IMG/VR virus record: IMGVR_UViG_3300032397_000001
Source of the DNA: a virus
DNA length: 64,000 nt
Direction: 5' to 3' (one strand)
Within the stretch, counting starts at the first letter, position 1. Every line of letters begins with the position of its first letter. Below are positions 48,675-58,551 of the stretch, in pieces. The notes below the pieces were generated by a model. That model did no database searches. It was not told the origin of the DNA and saw only the letters and a list, made by a program, of their open reading frames with translations. The position numbers and the translations under genes were made by a program.

Positions 48675-49013
48675 ATGAGGGATATGGTGAGGGATTGGAT
48701 TAAGGACCAAGAGAATGAGTGCTGCGAATATTTTGAGAAGAGTAAAAATGAAGCCCTCTCAGCCCTCGATGCAGAGCGTGCCGAGCACGCCCAAGTAAAG
48801 AAACAACTCCTTGACCTCAACAGTAGAATTCAAGATGAACTCAATGCTGCCAAATTTTCCCTAAATGATGTTCAGAGTCTAGTCGGGATACAGCAGGAGG
48901 AAGTCGCCAACCTCAAACAGCGCATCGCCGAGCTTGAGGCGCACCCATATCGAGAATATCAACTGCAGCTTGCGAGACTTTTGCATACAGAGGAGAAGGA
49001 GGAGAAGCCATGA
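48675..49013 (+). CDS. ALDAER-family coiled-coil protein 1
   Basis: ALDAERAEHAQ..QRIAELEA. Confidence 0.7.
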   Translation: MRDMVRDWIKDQENECCEYFEKSKNEALSALDAERAEHAQVKKQLLDLNSRIQDELNAAKFSLNDVQSLVGIQQEEVANLKQRIAELEAHPYREYQLQLARLLHTEEKEEKP

Positions 49014-49312
49014 GCGACGTTGTGCGTGACTTCCTCTGGAGCCAGAAGGTGCATGGCTGCTATGGGGCCGTGGATGCCCTTGTCGCCCTCGACGCAGAGC
49101 GTGTCGAGCACGCCAGGCAGGTTGAGGATATCAAGTTCCGCTGCACTTGGCTCCATAGCGATCTTGAGCAGCAGGTTGCCGACCTCAAGAGAGAACTGCG
49201 AGATACGAACCACACGAACAATATGTGCATCGTCGACCTCCGGCAGCGCATCTCCGAGCTGGAGGCACAAAAATGTGGGTGTGGGTTGCTGGATGAGGAG
49301 GAGCAGCCATGA
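49010..49312 (+). CDS. ALDAER-family protein 2
   Basis: MSDVVRD..ALDAERVEHARQ..QRISELEAQ. Confidence 0.7.
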   Translation: MSDVVRDFLWSQKVHGCYGAVDALVALDAERVEHARQVEDIKFRCTWLHSDLEQQVADLKRELRDTNHTNNMCIVDLRQRISELEAQKCGCGLLDEEEQP

Positions 49313-49491
49313 TCGGGAGTATGGTGAAGCATGTCCTGCACAATTATGTCCCATGGCGCAGTCAAAACTCTCTATGGTATGAAGCCCTAGCCGACCTTGA
49401 AGCGTTGCAGGCGAGGGTGAAAGATCAAGAGCAGCGCATCGCCGACCTTGAGGCACAGCTTCAGGACGAGAAGGAGGAGGAGACCCCATGA
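49309..49491 (+). CDS. Small protein with MIG..YVP head and QRIADLEAQ tail
   Basis: Junction motif; paralog at 59128. Confidence 0.6.
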   Translation: MIGSMVKHVLHNYVPWRSQNSLWYEALADLEALQARVKDQEQRIADLEAQLQDEKEEETP

Positions 49492-49588
49492 CTTTTCCCG
49501 ACTCATTTATTATTGGCTGGCTACTGGGTGCAATCACCGGGTTGCTTGGAGCCCTACTGTATCTGAGTCTGTAAGGAGGGGAGAAGCC

Positions 49589-50077
49589 ATGAGCGACGTG
49601 ACGCCTATGTGTAAAGGGTGTGAAAAGTTATTTGCTCTGCTGACGGCAGAACGTGCCGAGCACGCAGGGCATATTGTCGATCTGGAACAACATATTAAAG
49701 CCCTCGACATTCGGTGGGACAAAAGAGAGTATGCCAAGGAGGTTGCCGACCTCAAAAAGGAACTTACCAGAGTGAGTTGTATGCATTCGGATGCACATGC
49801 GAAGGTGATCAATTTGGAGAAGCAGGTTGATGACCTTCAGAGGACAATTGACTTTCTGAGGCAGCGCATCCACGAGCTGGATGCCGAACATGCCGAGCAA
49901 ATTTCCGACCTTGCGGAAGGTAACTTGCGTGTACAGCATGTTGCTGCTGTTGAAAATAGTAGGCTGAGACAGGAAGTTGCCTCTCTTCAAGAGCAAAACA
50001 ACTTCCTTGTGTTAGAACTTGAGATTATATCTGAGTTAAAACAACAAATTGAAGTAAAAGTAAAACAACTTCCTTAA
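49589..50077 (+). CDS. ALDAER-family protein 3
   Basis: MSDV..LTAERAEHA..EVADL..QRIHELDAEHAEQ. Confidence 0.7.
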   Translation: MSDVTPMCKGCEKLFALLTAERAEHAGHIVDLEQHIKALDIRWDKREYAKEVADLKKELTRVSCMHSDAHAKVINLEKQVDDLQRTIDFLRQRIHELDAEHAEQISDLAEGNLRVQHVAAVENSRLRQEVASLQEQNNFLVLELEIISELKQQIEVKVKQLP

Positions 50078-50148
50078 TGAGTTAGATGAAAAGGGAATCT
50101 TCTGGAGATATGGAAACTTAGGCTAATAAGGAATAAGGAATAAATAAA

Positions 50149-50394
50149 ATGAGATTGGATATTGTTATAGTTGCTAAAACAAAAGAAGAGTTTGTTGGCG
50201 CATTACAGTCTATGATAGAACAAGTTCAATTATCTAATACTCCATCTAATTCGTCTATGATTACTGAAGATGGAATAGATGTGGATTTTTCATTTACTGA
50301 TTGTGATGATATATATGCTGATATATCTAATTGTAAAGTAATTTTCCCCTCAGATTATTATGAAAGGGTAGCAAAAAATGAACAAGGAGATTAG
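50149..50394 (+). CDS. AT-rich acidic hypothetical protein
   Basis: ORF track; AT-rich insert within the array. Confidence 0.5.
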   Translation: MRLDIVIVAKTKEEFVGALQSMIEQVQLSNTPSNSSMITEDGIDVDFSFTDCDDIYADISNCKVIFPSDYYERVAKNEQGD

Positions 50395-50566
50395 TTTGAA
50401 GAAAGTTGCAAACTTAGGCTATGGACTTACTATCAAAAAGGATGATCTAGGATATTATTTAATTTTAAATAATGATAATAAAAATGTAATTGTATTGAAT
50501 GGTCCTTGGTTAGATTGGGCGAAGAATGAAGAACGGTGGGAAGAACCGGGAACATGGTGACAGGAT

Positions 50567-50605
50567 AGGTGAATCAGGACAGGTGAATCAGGACAGGTGA
50601 ATCAG
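50567..50605. repeat. 14-bp tandem repeat x~3
   Basis: aggtgaatcaggac repeats. Confidence 0.9.
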
Positions 50606-50643
50606 ATTGCGAGACTTTTGCATACAGAGAAGGAGGAGAAGCC

Positions 50644-51192
50644 ATGAAAGACGGCAAGCGCGAGGCAATCTCAAAGGTGTTGGACGTAGCCCGGGAACTC
50701 ATCGAGCAGCACCTCGACGAGCACCACGGGCCGCATGTTCATCATGTTGCGCTTGGGATAGGGGTTATGTCAGGGCTTCCGATTGAATATGTTCCCGAGG
50801 AATCCGTGAATTATCCTACTGATCCTGACTACCCTCCCACCAGGCTGAGCGGGACGATGGAGCCTGAGTGGTGTAAACATCTTGTTACGCATACAGAGAA
50901 TGACAAGCTTGTGTGCAGTGGGTGTGGTGCAATTGGAAATGACCTGAGCAAGAGCTGTGGTATCGAATGGCCCAAGGTCAAGAATCCGGGGAACAAGATC
51001 AAGGTGGGGTGCGAGTATTGCGCCTATTCCACCGCGTCAGGGTGGCCGACTCGTTGTCTCTGCCGTCGGTATCCTCCTCCGGATCCGAGGGAACCTGGGC
51101 CGGATGCAAAGCTCTCCCGTTGGCCGATAGTGCATATCCAGTCGTGGTGTGGTGAGTTTGATCCTGGAGAAGGTTTCCCGTTCCGCTGGTAA
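50644..51192 (+). CDS. Modular protein: QHL.EHHGPH + PTRLSGTMEPE + Cys-rich domains
   Basis: Modules shared with 51204 and 56573; CRRYPP..WCGEF C-terminal domain. Confidence 0.65.
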   Translation: MKDGKREAISKVLDVARELIEQHLDEHHGPHVHHVALGIGVMSGLPIEYVPEESVNYPTDPDYPPTRLSGTMEPEWCKHLVTHTENDKLVCSGCGAIGNDLSKSCGIEWPKVKNPGNKIKVGCEYCAYSTASGWPTRCLCRRYPPPDPREPGPDAKLSRWPIVHIQSWCGEFDPGEGFPFRW

Positions 51193-51203
51193 GGAGGAGT
51201 GAC

Positions 51204-51680
51204 ATGAGTTTCGCCCAAGCCTATGTATGCAATCAATGCGGCCTGGCTCAAAGGAAGTACGTTCCTCCTCTCTGGACCACCCCGATAGCTTTTCACCAAT
51301 GCTGCCCACAATGCGGGGCAGGAATAGAGGATATTCGTCTGGCAATAGGAGAATGGAAACAACAAAGAATAGTGCGCGGATTGTGGCCGTTCAGATTTGT
51401 TGAATATGTGGATAGCGTATTTGAAGAAAAACCAGAATGCCGCAGAACCAGCGCCACAGATGTGGACATTACCAGGCATTGCCCCGTCTGCGTAGTTGAC
51501 GACGATTCACCGACGAGGCTAGGCGGGACGATGGAGCCGGAGCATCAGTTTGTCACCAGGGATGATTTCGATCAATTCCGCTCTTGGCTGAGCCAGCAGA
51601 GAACCGCAGAGTGGACTCGGTTGATGGAGCACTCACACGGGGTAAACGGGGAAGTAATCTTCCCGGACATGGAGGAGTGA
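51204..51680 (+). CDS. Modular protein: Zn-ribbon + PTRLGGTMEPE + WL.QQ..HSH module
   Basis: Modules shared with 50644, 56573 and 55237. Confidence 0.65.
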   Translation: MSFAQAYVCNQCGLAQRKYVPPLWTTPIAFHQCCPQCGAGIEDIRLAIGEWKQQRIVRGLWPFRFVEYVDSVFEEKPECRRTSATDVDITRHCPVCVVDDDSPTRLGGTMEPEHQFVTRDDFDQFRSWLSQQRTAEWTRLMEHSHGVNGEVIFPDMEE

Positions 51681-51813
51681 AACGAAATGAAAACCATGCT
51701 AGGTGCGTGCTTCGGATTCGTTTTCGGTTACCTAATTATCTGTCTCATCTTCAATAAGCTGAGAAGGAAGTCGCCAACCTCAAACAGCGCATCGCCGAGC
51801 TGGAGGAAGGACG

Positions 51814-52008
51814 ATGACTGAAAAAAGGAAATTGTGCCCATTGTTAATGATGGGATGGATGGCATGTCCAAAGGATTTCGGCAAAGACGCAGGAGGTATC
51901 TGTTGTTGTAAAAAGGAAAAATGTGCTTGGTGGTATGAGAATTATGCAGGATGCAGTGTTTGGGTAATGGCTAGAGAACTGGATGGGATAGAAGAAAAAA
52001 CCACATAA
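51814..52008 (+). CDS. Small Cys-rich protein
   Basis: CPLL..CKKEKCAWW..C. Confidence 0.6.
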   Translation: MTEKRKLCPLLMMGWMACPKDFGKDAGGICCCKKEKCAWWYENYAGCSVWVMARELDGIEEKTT

Positions 52009-52021
52009 AAGGAGGAGTGAC

Positions 52022-52219
52022 ATGGAAGCACTGCTACATTCTGTGGAAAAGACGATGGAGAACTTCACACTGTTCATGAATACCACTGTGACTGGGTTTG
52101 AACTCATGGGGAAAGTCTTTGAAAAGCTACAGAACGAAATCTACATACTGGGATTCTGGTGTCTTGGTATCACGGTTTGGCTGGCTGCACTTTCGTGGCG
52201 CTCAAGAAAGAAGGAGTAG
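52022..52219 (+). CDS. Small membrane-anchored protein
   Basis: C-terminal TM segment plus basic tail. Confidence 0.55.
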   Translation: MEALLHSVEKTMENFTLFMNTTVTGFELMGKVFEKLQNEIYILGFWCLGITVWLAALSWRSRKKE

Positions 52220-52286
52220 TAGTACGGATAGAAGAACCCGAGTGGCTTATGGTCTGGCACGACCGTTTGGTAGGAAGGGGACTAAC

Positions 52287-52835
52287 ATGAGGGAAAGGAA
52301 GGGCCGGGTAATAAGAGTGATGGTTTGTTCTATGGTTGCGGTGATCTTTTCGCTGGTCAGTCTGGCTATCATTCTTTTCACTTTAGGCGACTGCACCGAT
52401 TCCTCGACCGAGGCCTGGCCAGCGGATTTCTGGGTTTCCGGGATCCTCGTCTTCGGTGACGTTCTCCCTGACGAGCAGGATGCCATCACCCGGCTCTCTA
52501 CTGCCATTCAGGCTCTTAGCTATTCCATCGACGGCCTCCCCACCGTGATCTTCATTCGCTCACCTGATCAGCATATCCCCAAGATCTGCAAGTGCAGTCA
52601 CTGCACTGACGTATGGTCCGAAGTGCCCGGCGTGATCGGAGTCAAGGAGCGAGTAGCCGGCGAGGGACTGAGCGGCCTTCGGCGCGGAGGGATGATCTTC
52701 GTGAGCCGGATCGGAGACCGGAAGGGAATGCTGGACGAACTCCTGGCGCATGAATTCGCACATTGGCTTTGCGACTGCGGGGATGGAGTGAGGGTTGGTG
52801 TGTTGGAAGGAGAGTTGATTAAGAGGATGTTGTAA
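52287..52835 (+). CDS. Membrane-anchored HExxH (zincin-like) protein
   Basis: N-terminal TM; LLAHEFAHW. Confidence 0.6.
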   Translation: MRERKGRVIRVMVCSMVAVIFSLVSLAIILFTLGDCTDSSTEAWPADFWVSGILVFGDVLPDEQDAITRLSTAIQALSYSIDGLPTVIFIRSPDQHIPKICKCSHCTDVWSEVPGVIGVKERVAGEGLSGLRRGGMIFVSRIGDRKGMLDELLAHEFAHWLCDCGDGVRVGVLEGELIKRML

Positions 52836-52991
52836 CTGAAAGGAGTAGTGATATGTTTTTCATCGGAACCGTTCGTCGATTTCTATTTATCGTCGGTAGT
52901 CATCGTTGGAACGCATGGGTGCGAGACTTTACTGCCAGACTTGAAGGATCATGGTTGATAAGAAGTCGGCCACAAAAGAAGGAGTAACATT

Positions 52992-53465
52992 ATGGACTTT
53001 GAAAAGGTAAGCCCCCACGGCTTTATGATCAAGACCTTTGAGAGATATGACCAGCAGCTACGTATTGAATTGGATAGAGATTATTTGCGACGAGACGATA
53101 TTGACCCTCCCGGTGATGACGTGATCCGTGAACACCTTATCGAGCACCACCAGTCGCTAATGAAATGGTATGAGAACCATCTAGAGGGTCATGCAGATGC
53201 AAAACCACCAGACGATCCCTGCCATGGACCGGAGAAGGTGACCTGCTTACACGAAGAGACCTATACCACAAATGACAAACGTGTATGTTTGTTTTGCAGA
53301 AAGACTATGCACGATTCGCCGCAGCGGTGCGAGTGCAACGACTGTAAAAATATCACATGGGGAGTGAAGAGTAATGGGGTAGAACCTATAAGGTTTTGTC
53401 CATTCACTGGCATGCTAGATGGTCGACCAGCAAGCCGTAAGTTACTGAAGGCCGAGAAGGAATAG
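52992..53465 (+). CDS. Modular Cys/His-rich protein
   Basis: EHLIEHH, CEC..RFCP, related to array modules. Confidence 0.55.
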   Translation: MDFEKVSPHGFMIKTFERYDQQLRIELDRDYLRRDDIDPPGDDVIREHLIEHHQSLMKWYENHLEGHADAKPPDDPCHGPEKVTCLHEETYTTNDKRVCLFCRKTMHDSPQRCECNDCKNITWGVKSNGVEPIRFCPFTGMLDGRPASRKLLKAEKE

Positions 53466-54140
53466 TGAGATGATGTATATCTGCAAGCAAGGTCATATTT
53501 TCTCTTCTAAATCCACTGAGCCTATCTGCCCTACATGCGGTCGCCGCTTGGAGCGAGCGATCTGGGATGACTCCCAGAAGAGGTATATCATGATTCGTCC
53601 CTCTAAGAGGAAGGCTAGGAAGAAGGAGGAGTGAGATATGCGTTGCCCTGAATGTATCAAGCTTGGAATGGTATCTAGAGTTTACTCAGATGGGTGCTCA
53701 ATGACCCTCATGGCTATTTTGGAATGGGCACTATTATAACCCGAACAAAACAACTTGCTCCTACCATTGTTCAAATGGCTATGCTTTCTCGGAAGCATCC
53801 GGTGGCAGATCTCCACCGGATGATGAGAGGTGAGACATGCTATACAGCGGACTTCCACCTAATTTGGTGATTACTCTGGGCATTGTAGCCCTCACTGTCT
53901 GTTTTTTCGGAGCAATAAATGGAGCATTTCTGTTGCTAGACGGGCTTGACCTTCTGAAATGAACGGACGAAGGAGGGGGCGAGATGAAGATGAACAGTTG
54001 GCGTTGGTTCGTTTTAGGATATATAGTAGGGGCCATAGCAGCTACTATTTCAGCCCTATATCTCATCTAGGAGTAGGCGTGTTTACCTTACCTATTGGTG
54101 GTTTGCCCGGCCATTGGAGTTTCCGAAAGGACCAAGTTCG

Positions 54141-54455
54141 ATGAGCGACATAGTGATGAACTATATTAAAGCAAGTAATTGGACACCCCACAAAGAAGAT
54201 ATAATTGTTGCCCTTAAGGCCGAGCGTGTTGAGCACGCGAGACAGACTGCCAAGCTTGAGGCTAAAGCTCAAATATCTTTCGACGGAGAAAGTAGGATGC
54301 TTTCGGTTGTTGCCGACCTCACCGAGCAACTGGAGGAAGCTACTGATATCATCAAAAAACTGCTTGGTGTAAATCAAGTGAGTGATGAGGAAATGGTTAA
54401 AGCTATCGAGTGGGCAAAGAAGTCTCCAGCAATGAGAAATTCTGTTGAGAAGTAA
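54141..54455 (+). CDS. ALDAER-family protein 4
   Basis: MSDIV..ALKAERVEHARQ..VADL. Confidence 0.65.
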   Translation: MSDIVMNYIKASNWTPHKEDIIVALKAERVEHARQTAKLEAKAQISFDGESRMLSVVADLTEQLEEATDIIKKLLGVNQVSDEEMVKAIEWAKKSPAMRNSVEK

Positions 54456-54456
54456 T

Positions 54457-54897
54457 ATGGGCGGACCAAAAATAAGCGATGGTTTGAGTCGACAACGACG
54501 TTGGCAATTACGTCGCACTGCAGAAGGATGTTGTCAGACGTGTGGGCTTCCACTAAATAAGCATTCTTATCAATGTGATTCTTGCTCCGAAAAGAGCACG
54601 ATCCGAGAAAAGCGGCGTTATAAACAACGAATATCAAATGGGAAATGCCCCTGCTGTGGTAGAGAGCATTCATCATCAACCGTTGTTTGTCCAGAATGTC
54701 TTGAAGATAAATCTTCAAGAGTAAAGAGACTGAAGTCTGAGGGAAGATGTATCAGATGTGGAGCTATAACAGAAGGTAGATTCAGTTGTAACGCTTGTAT
54801 TGTTATTGGGCGTGAGAGAGCTCGAAAGAGAAGAGGTTGTGTAAGACGTAATATTAATGCTATGTCATATCAAATCAGTAAGGAGGGAGTAAAATGA
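54457..54897 (+). CDS. Basic protein with three GxCxxCG...CxxC zinc-finger repeats
   Basis: GCCQTCG/CDSC, GKCPCCG/CPEC, GRCIRCG/CNAC. Confidence 0.7.
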   Translation: MGGPKISDGLSRQRRWQLRRTAEGCCQTCGLPLNKHSYQCDSCSEKSTIREKRRYKQRISNGKCPCCGREHSSSTVVCPECLEDKSSRVKRLKSEGRCIRCGAITEGRFSCNACIVIGRERARKRRGCVRRNINAMSYQISKEGVK

Positions 54898-55236
54898 AAC
54901 TGTGGGATAGAGTGAGAGGTACAGCTGTCGTAGCAGGAATTCATATTATGAATAAGGTTAGCAAAGAAGTTTATTTCTAAGCCCGCCTGGGGTCAGGTTA
55001 ACCTTGCAACGTTCGGGACGGAGACCTGGCCTATATTCAGCGAACAGGATGAAAAGGGAGAGGATAAAGATGCTACTCTGTGACCACGCTATTGAGTGCG
55101 GCCAGCGATGTAAGCACGCCATTGCTCACGAGTCTTTCGGTCAGCAGTGCGAGGGGGAGTGGAAGTGCGTACATGTTAAGGCCGATGAGCGAACTCTGTG
55201 CAAGCCACTCAAGGAGAAGGAGAAGGAGGAGAAGTG

Positions 55237-55761
55237 ATGCACAAGATTGACTGGGAAGGTCTGAAGCGTCTTCATGGAGATAATTGGACTATCGAACTCG
55301 TCCGGCAACTGGATGAGCGGTTTGCAAAGAGGGAGGAATTTGAGGAACACAGTAAGTGGCTGCTCAGTCAACAAACAGCAGCATGGGATAGGATAATGGA
55401 TCATAGTCACTCGGCGAAAGGAGAACTTGTATTTCCACCGACGGAGCCCATCACGGTTACCCGAAACATGGTGGGGGCCTGCAGTCCCATCGAGGAGGAT
55501 GAGATCCAGCCAAACACGGTCTGTGACAGCGAAGTTGGATGTGTAACTTTCCCAGAGGATTGGGTTGTAGACACCGTGACGGCAACGCAGCGGGGTTGCA
55601 AGTGCCCGTTATGCTATTCGGTGGTCCAGCCGAAGGCGGAGTGTAATCATCCATGCCACGTGATTAACCGTTCTGGACTCCACTATGCGGAGGTCACCGG
55701 GAAGTGGGCATACTGTGCTAGATGTGGCCTCTCGCTGGCCGCGAAGGAGGAGAAGACATGA
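55237..55761 (+). CDS. Modular protein: WL.QQ..HSH module + C-terminal W.YC..CG ribbon
   Basis: Modules shared with 51204 and 55758. Confidence 0.65.
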   Translation: MHKIDWEGLKRLHGDNWTIELVRQLDERFAKREEFEEHSKWLLSQQTAAWDRIMDHSHSAKGELVFPPTEPITVTRNMVGACSPIEEDEIQPNTVCDSEVGCVTFPEDWVVDTVTATQRGCKCPLCYSVVQPKAECNHPCHVINRSGLHYAEVTGKWAYCARCGLSLAAKEEKT

Positions 55762-56045
55762 ACTGGAAAAAAGTAAATGAGTGCTGGAACACTAAGAGTG
55801 ACATCACCTATGCGCTTGAGGAGATGCTACGTCAGCACCTGGAGGAGTGCCACAAAGAGATAGTGCAGTTAAAATGCCCAGGCTGCGAGCAGTGGTTCGC
55901 AAGTGACAGGTGGATGAAAAAGCCAGCCAAGCTGTGTGAGTGTACAAATAGAATCTGCGGTAGATCGCAGATCAACGGAGTCTGGGTTAATTGGGACTAT
56001 TGTCCGAAGTGCGGAAAGCTGCTGGAGAAGGAGGAGAAGCCATGA
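55758..56045 (+). CDS. Modular protein: QHLEECH + WDYCPKCGKLL ribbon
   Basis: Junction motifs at both ends. Confidence 0.65.
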   Translation: MNWKKVNECWNTKSDITYALEEMLRQHLEECHKEIVQLKCPGCEQWFASDRWMKKPAKLCECTNRICGRSQINGVWVNWDYCPKCGKLLEKEEKP

Positions 56046-56180
56046 ACCGTCTAGCAATGATTGATTTTCTAAACACCAGACTTCGATCATTCAAAACCCC
56101 TTGGTATCGATGGGCAATAGATATTACATGGGACAAACTTGAGCGATGGGCAAAAATGCTTGGATGGAAGGAGAAGTGAT

Positions 56181-56573
56181 ATGGACTGGGGCCAGGAGCG
56201 TACCGAGTACGAGAAGGAGATTGATAACCTAAACCAAGATCGGGCTAACGGGTGTGCATGCCTATTTGTGAATTCTGTTTGCATGTCTCAGTGTTCTTAT
56301 CACGCCAAGCAGGTTGTCGACCTACAAGCAAAACTGGAAGCCTGGTATACTTGGTATTCTTTCCCCAAGTGGAGGAGAGACGATAGTCACGCCACGCAGG
56401 TTAAGGATTTAGAAACACAGATAATCGACTTACGGCGGCAGATACACAAAATAAAAAAAATGTATTCTGCTTTGTCTGGCCCTCGCGCTCATGGACTGGG
56501 TTGCGATTGTGGTGAGCAAGTTAAAAGCGGCTATACTTGTAAACAGTTTTCGGACCTCATGAAGGAGGAGTAA
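56181..56573 (+). CDS. Coiled-coil/Cys protein related to the ALDAER family
   Basis: HAKQVVDL and HATQVKDL motifs. Confidence 0.55.
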   Translation: MDWGQERTEYEKEIDNLNQDRANGCACLFVNSVCMSQCSYHAKQVVDLQAKLEAWYTWYSFPKWRRDDSHATQVKDLETQIIDLRRQIHKIKKMYSALSGPRAHGLGCDCGEQVKSGYTCKQFSDLMKEE

Positions 56574-56932
56574 TGGATTGGAAGAAGATATATCTGGAGA
56601 TACAAAGTAGAGGCTGTCATGAAGATTTTCCTCAAGATTTAATTGATGCGTTGCGGGAGTATAACTGTCAGCACCTAGCCAAGCACCACGGGCCACATCG
56701 TCATCGCTTTGGAGATGGGGTGTGGGTAACTGGAAGTGAGTTGCCTATGGATAAACCGGCAGTTGACGACGACCCTCCGACGAGGTTGAGCGGGACGATG
56801 GAGCCGGAGCGGAGCGAGTGCGACGGCTCATGCCATGACCCAGTTAATTACAATTTCTACCACATCGACAGAGGATGGGAGTTCTGCCCTTGGTGTGGCA
56901 AGCCACTCGACAAGAAGGAGGAGAAGCCATGA
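56573..56932 (+). CDS. Modular protein: QHLAKHHGPH + PTRLSGTMEPE + WEFCPWCGK ribbon
   Basis: Three modules each shared with other array genes. Confidence 0.65.
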   Translation: MDWKKIYLEIQSRGCHEDFPQDLIDALREYNCQHLAKHHGPHRHRFGDGVWVTGSELPMDKPAVDDDPPTRLSGTMEPERSECDGSCHDPVNYNFYHIDRGWEFCPWCGKPLDKKEEKP

Positions 56933-57258
56933 GCGACGTGGTGGGGGAGTTCATCAACAGTGAGGATTGCGAACATCCCTCTGCTTGCTTTACCGAAACT
57001 CACATCTGCACAAAATGCCGAATCATTGCACGACAAGCCCTCGACGCAGAGCGTGTCGAGCACCAGCAATCCTTGGAACTCCTAGATGCAGAATTAAAAA
57101 GACAGTCAGAGGCACTGCATTTCGGAACGTCCCAATTTGTACTCAACAAAAGAGCCGATGAACTCGTAAGGCAGGTAGCCGACCTCCAGCAACGCATCTC
57201 CGATCTTAAGGCGAAGTCATGCCCATACCATGCTCCATGCGAGGAGAGGGATGAATAG
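56929..57258 (+). CDS. ALDAER-family protein 5 with Cys-rich head
   Basis: FINSEDCEHPSACFTE..C..C; ALDAERVEH; QRISDL. Confidence 0.7.
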   Translation: MSDVVGEFINSEDCEHPSACFTETHICTKCRIIARQALDAERVEHQQSLELLDAELKRQSEALHFGTSQFVLNKRADELVRQVADLQQRISDLKAKSCPYHAPCEERDE

Positions 57259-57300
57259 TGCTCGATTCCGAGAAAATCTATACAAGCAACTGATTACTAC

Positions 57301-57329
57301 TTGACAATCTATTAGAAATTCGCTATACT
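57301..57329 (+). promoter_or_regulatory. Strong sigma70 promoter
   Basis: TTGACA-17-TATACT. Confidence 0.85.
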
Positions 57330-57351
57330 TTACTCAGGGAGAAAATACAAA

Positions 57352-57666
57352 ATGAGAATCTTTGATGTTGTGAATAAAAATAATTGTGGGTTCTTCTGTA
57401 TGGCTAAAGATGAACAAGATGCACTTGCCCTTGCTAAAGAAGTTAAACATCTCAGGACTTCTCCCAAGCGTATAATTGACATAACTGAGAATCTAAAAAA
57501 CGAGAATGGAATCTCTGAATTGATGATTGAACAGTATCGTGGAAGGTTATCCAAACAGATAACAGCAATTTCTTTTGATCAACTTTTGGTGTTTCCAGGT
57601 ATGCACTCTCCGAGTTGTTGGATGAAATGGGGACAAAGTATTATGGTTGGTGATGGAATCTATTAA
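57352..57666 (+). CDS. Moron-like hypothetical protein with own promoter
   Basis: AT-rich; directly downstream of the 57301 promoter. Confidence 0.6.
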   Translation: MRIFDVVNKNNCGFFCMAKDEQDALALAKEVKHLRTSPKRIIDITENLKNENGISELMIEQYRGRLSKQITAISFDQLLVFPGMHSPSCWMKWGQSIMVGDGIY

Positions 57667-57682
57667 AAGAGGAGGAGAAGCC

Positions 57683-57883
57683 ATGAATAGAAATACCGAG
57701 TGGTTAATGGGCTGGCATGATCGAATGTTTGAAAAGTACGGACACCCAAAGGGCGGGATCGACTGGTGCAGAAAGTTGGCTAATTTTATGGACGAGCTTG
57801 GCAATGATGATCCATCAGATGCGGCGATTAAGGAGGCCATGAAGTGGGAAGCTGAAAACCCAGAGAAGGAGGAGAAGACATGA
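57683..57883 (+). CDS. Small hypothetical protein
   Basis: Junction motifs at both ends. Confidence 0.6.
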   Translation: MNRNTEWLMGWHDRMFEKYGHPKGGIDWCRKLANFMDELGNDDPSDAAIKEAMKWEAENPEKEEKT

Positions 57884-58143
57884 AGTATCGCAAGAAACCC
57901 ATAGTGATTGAGGCAATACGATACAATGGAGACAACTTTAATTGCATTCGCCTATTCGTTGGCAATACACCATTACATCGGGTGGGTGATGATAAACTTG
58001 GCATCCAAACCCTTGAGGGTATAATGATAGCCAACCCAGGCGACTGGATAATCAAGGGGATAAAAGGCGAGTTTTATCCTTGCAAAAATGACATATTTGA
58101 GGCTACCTATGATCTGTTGGTCGAGAAGGAGGAGGAGCCATGA
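57880..58143 (+). CDS. Conserved phage protein (PGDYG-like)
   Basis: YRKKPIVIEAI..QTLEG..ANPGDWIIKGIKGEFYPCK.DIF..TY. Confidence 0.8.
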   Translation: MKYRKKPIVIEAIRYNGDNFNCIRLFVGNTPLHRVGDDKLGIQTLEGIMIANPGDWIIKGIKGEFYPCKNDIFEATYDLLVEKEEEP

Positions 58144-58412
58144 GCGACGTGGTGCGTGATGAGTTACAGATAGCGATTGGGCTGGCAACTGGTATCAACA
58201 AGCAGCGATGGATAAATGTCCTTGCTGCCCTCGACGCAGAGCGGGAGGAGCACGCCCAAGCAGCCGAGTTGCTGAACGCTGAAGTTAAGCGGAAAGCACC
58301 AGTTGTAGAAATGTGCGACTACCGTTGCAAAGTGGACACAGATTACGAGAACTGGATGTATTGCCCAACGTGCGGTAAGTTGCTGCGATATTGGAAAGAA
58401 ACTACCAGGTAA
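58140..58412 (+). CDS. ALDAER-family protein 6 fused to a WMYCPTCGKLL ribbon
   Basis: Chimera of two array modules. Confidence 0.7.
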   Translation: MSDVVRDELQIAIGLATGINKQRWINVLAALDAEREEHAQAAELLNAEVKRKAPVVEMCDYRCKVDTDYENWMYCPTCGKLLRYWKETTR

Positions 58413-58450
58413 AGAGTGGTAGAGAAACTTTCAATGAAAACCCTATTGAC

Positions 58451-58478
58451 AAACATCTGGTGGATGTTTTTTTTTTTT
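58451..58478 (+). terminator. Rho-independent terminator
   Basis: aaacatc-tggtg-gatgttt plus long T-run. Confidence 0.65.
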
Positions 58479-58488
58479 CTGAAAGTAC

Positions 58489-58517
58489 TTGACATCTGTT
58501 TGTAAGTATGCTATACT
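58489..58517 (+). promoter_or_regulatory. Strong sigma70 promoter with extended -10
   Basis: TTGACA-17-TATACT with TGn. Confidence 0.85.
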
Positions 58518-58551
58518 TAGATCATACAACAAACATGAAAGGGGAATTGAA

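Noticed and set aside
54980-55045. Twister-like ribozyme (ggtcaggt..taa..acctggcc stem)
   Set aside because: A stem is possible, but I could not build the P4 loop and pseudoknot pairings; an Infernal search is needed.
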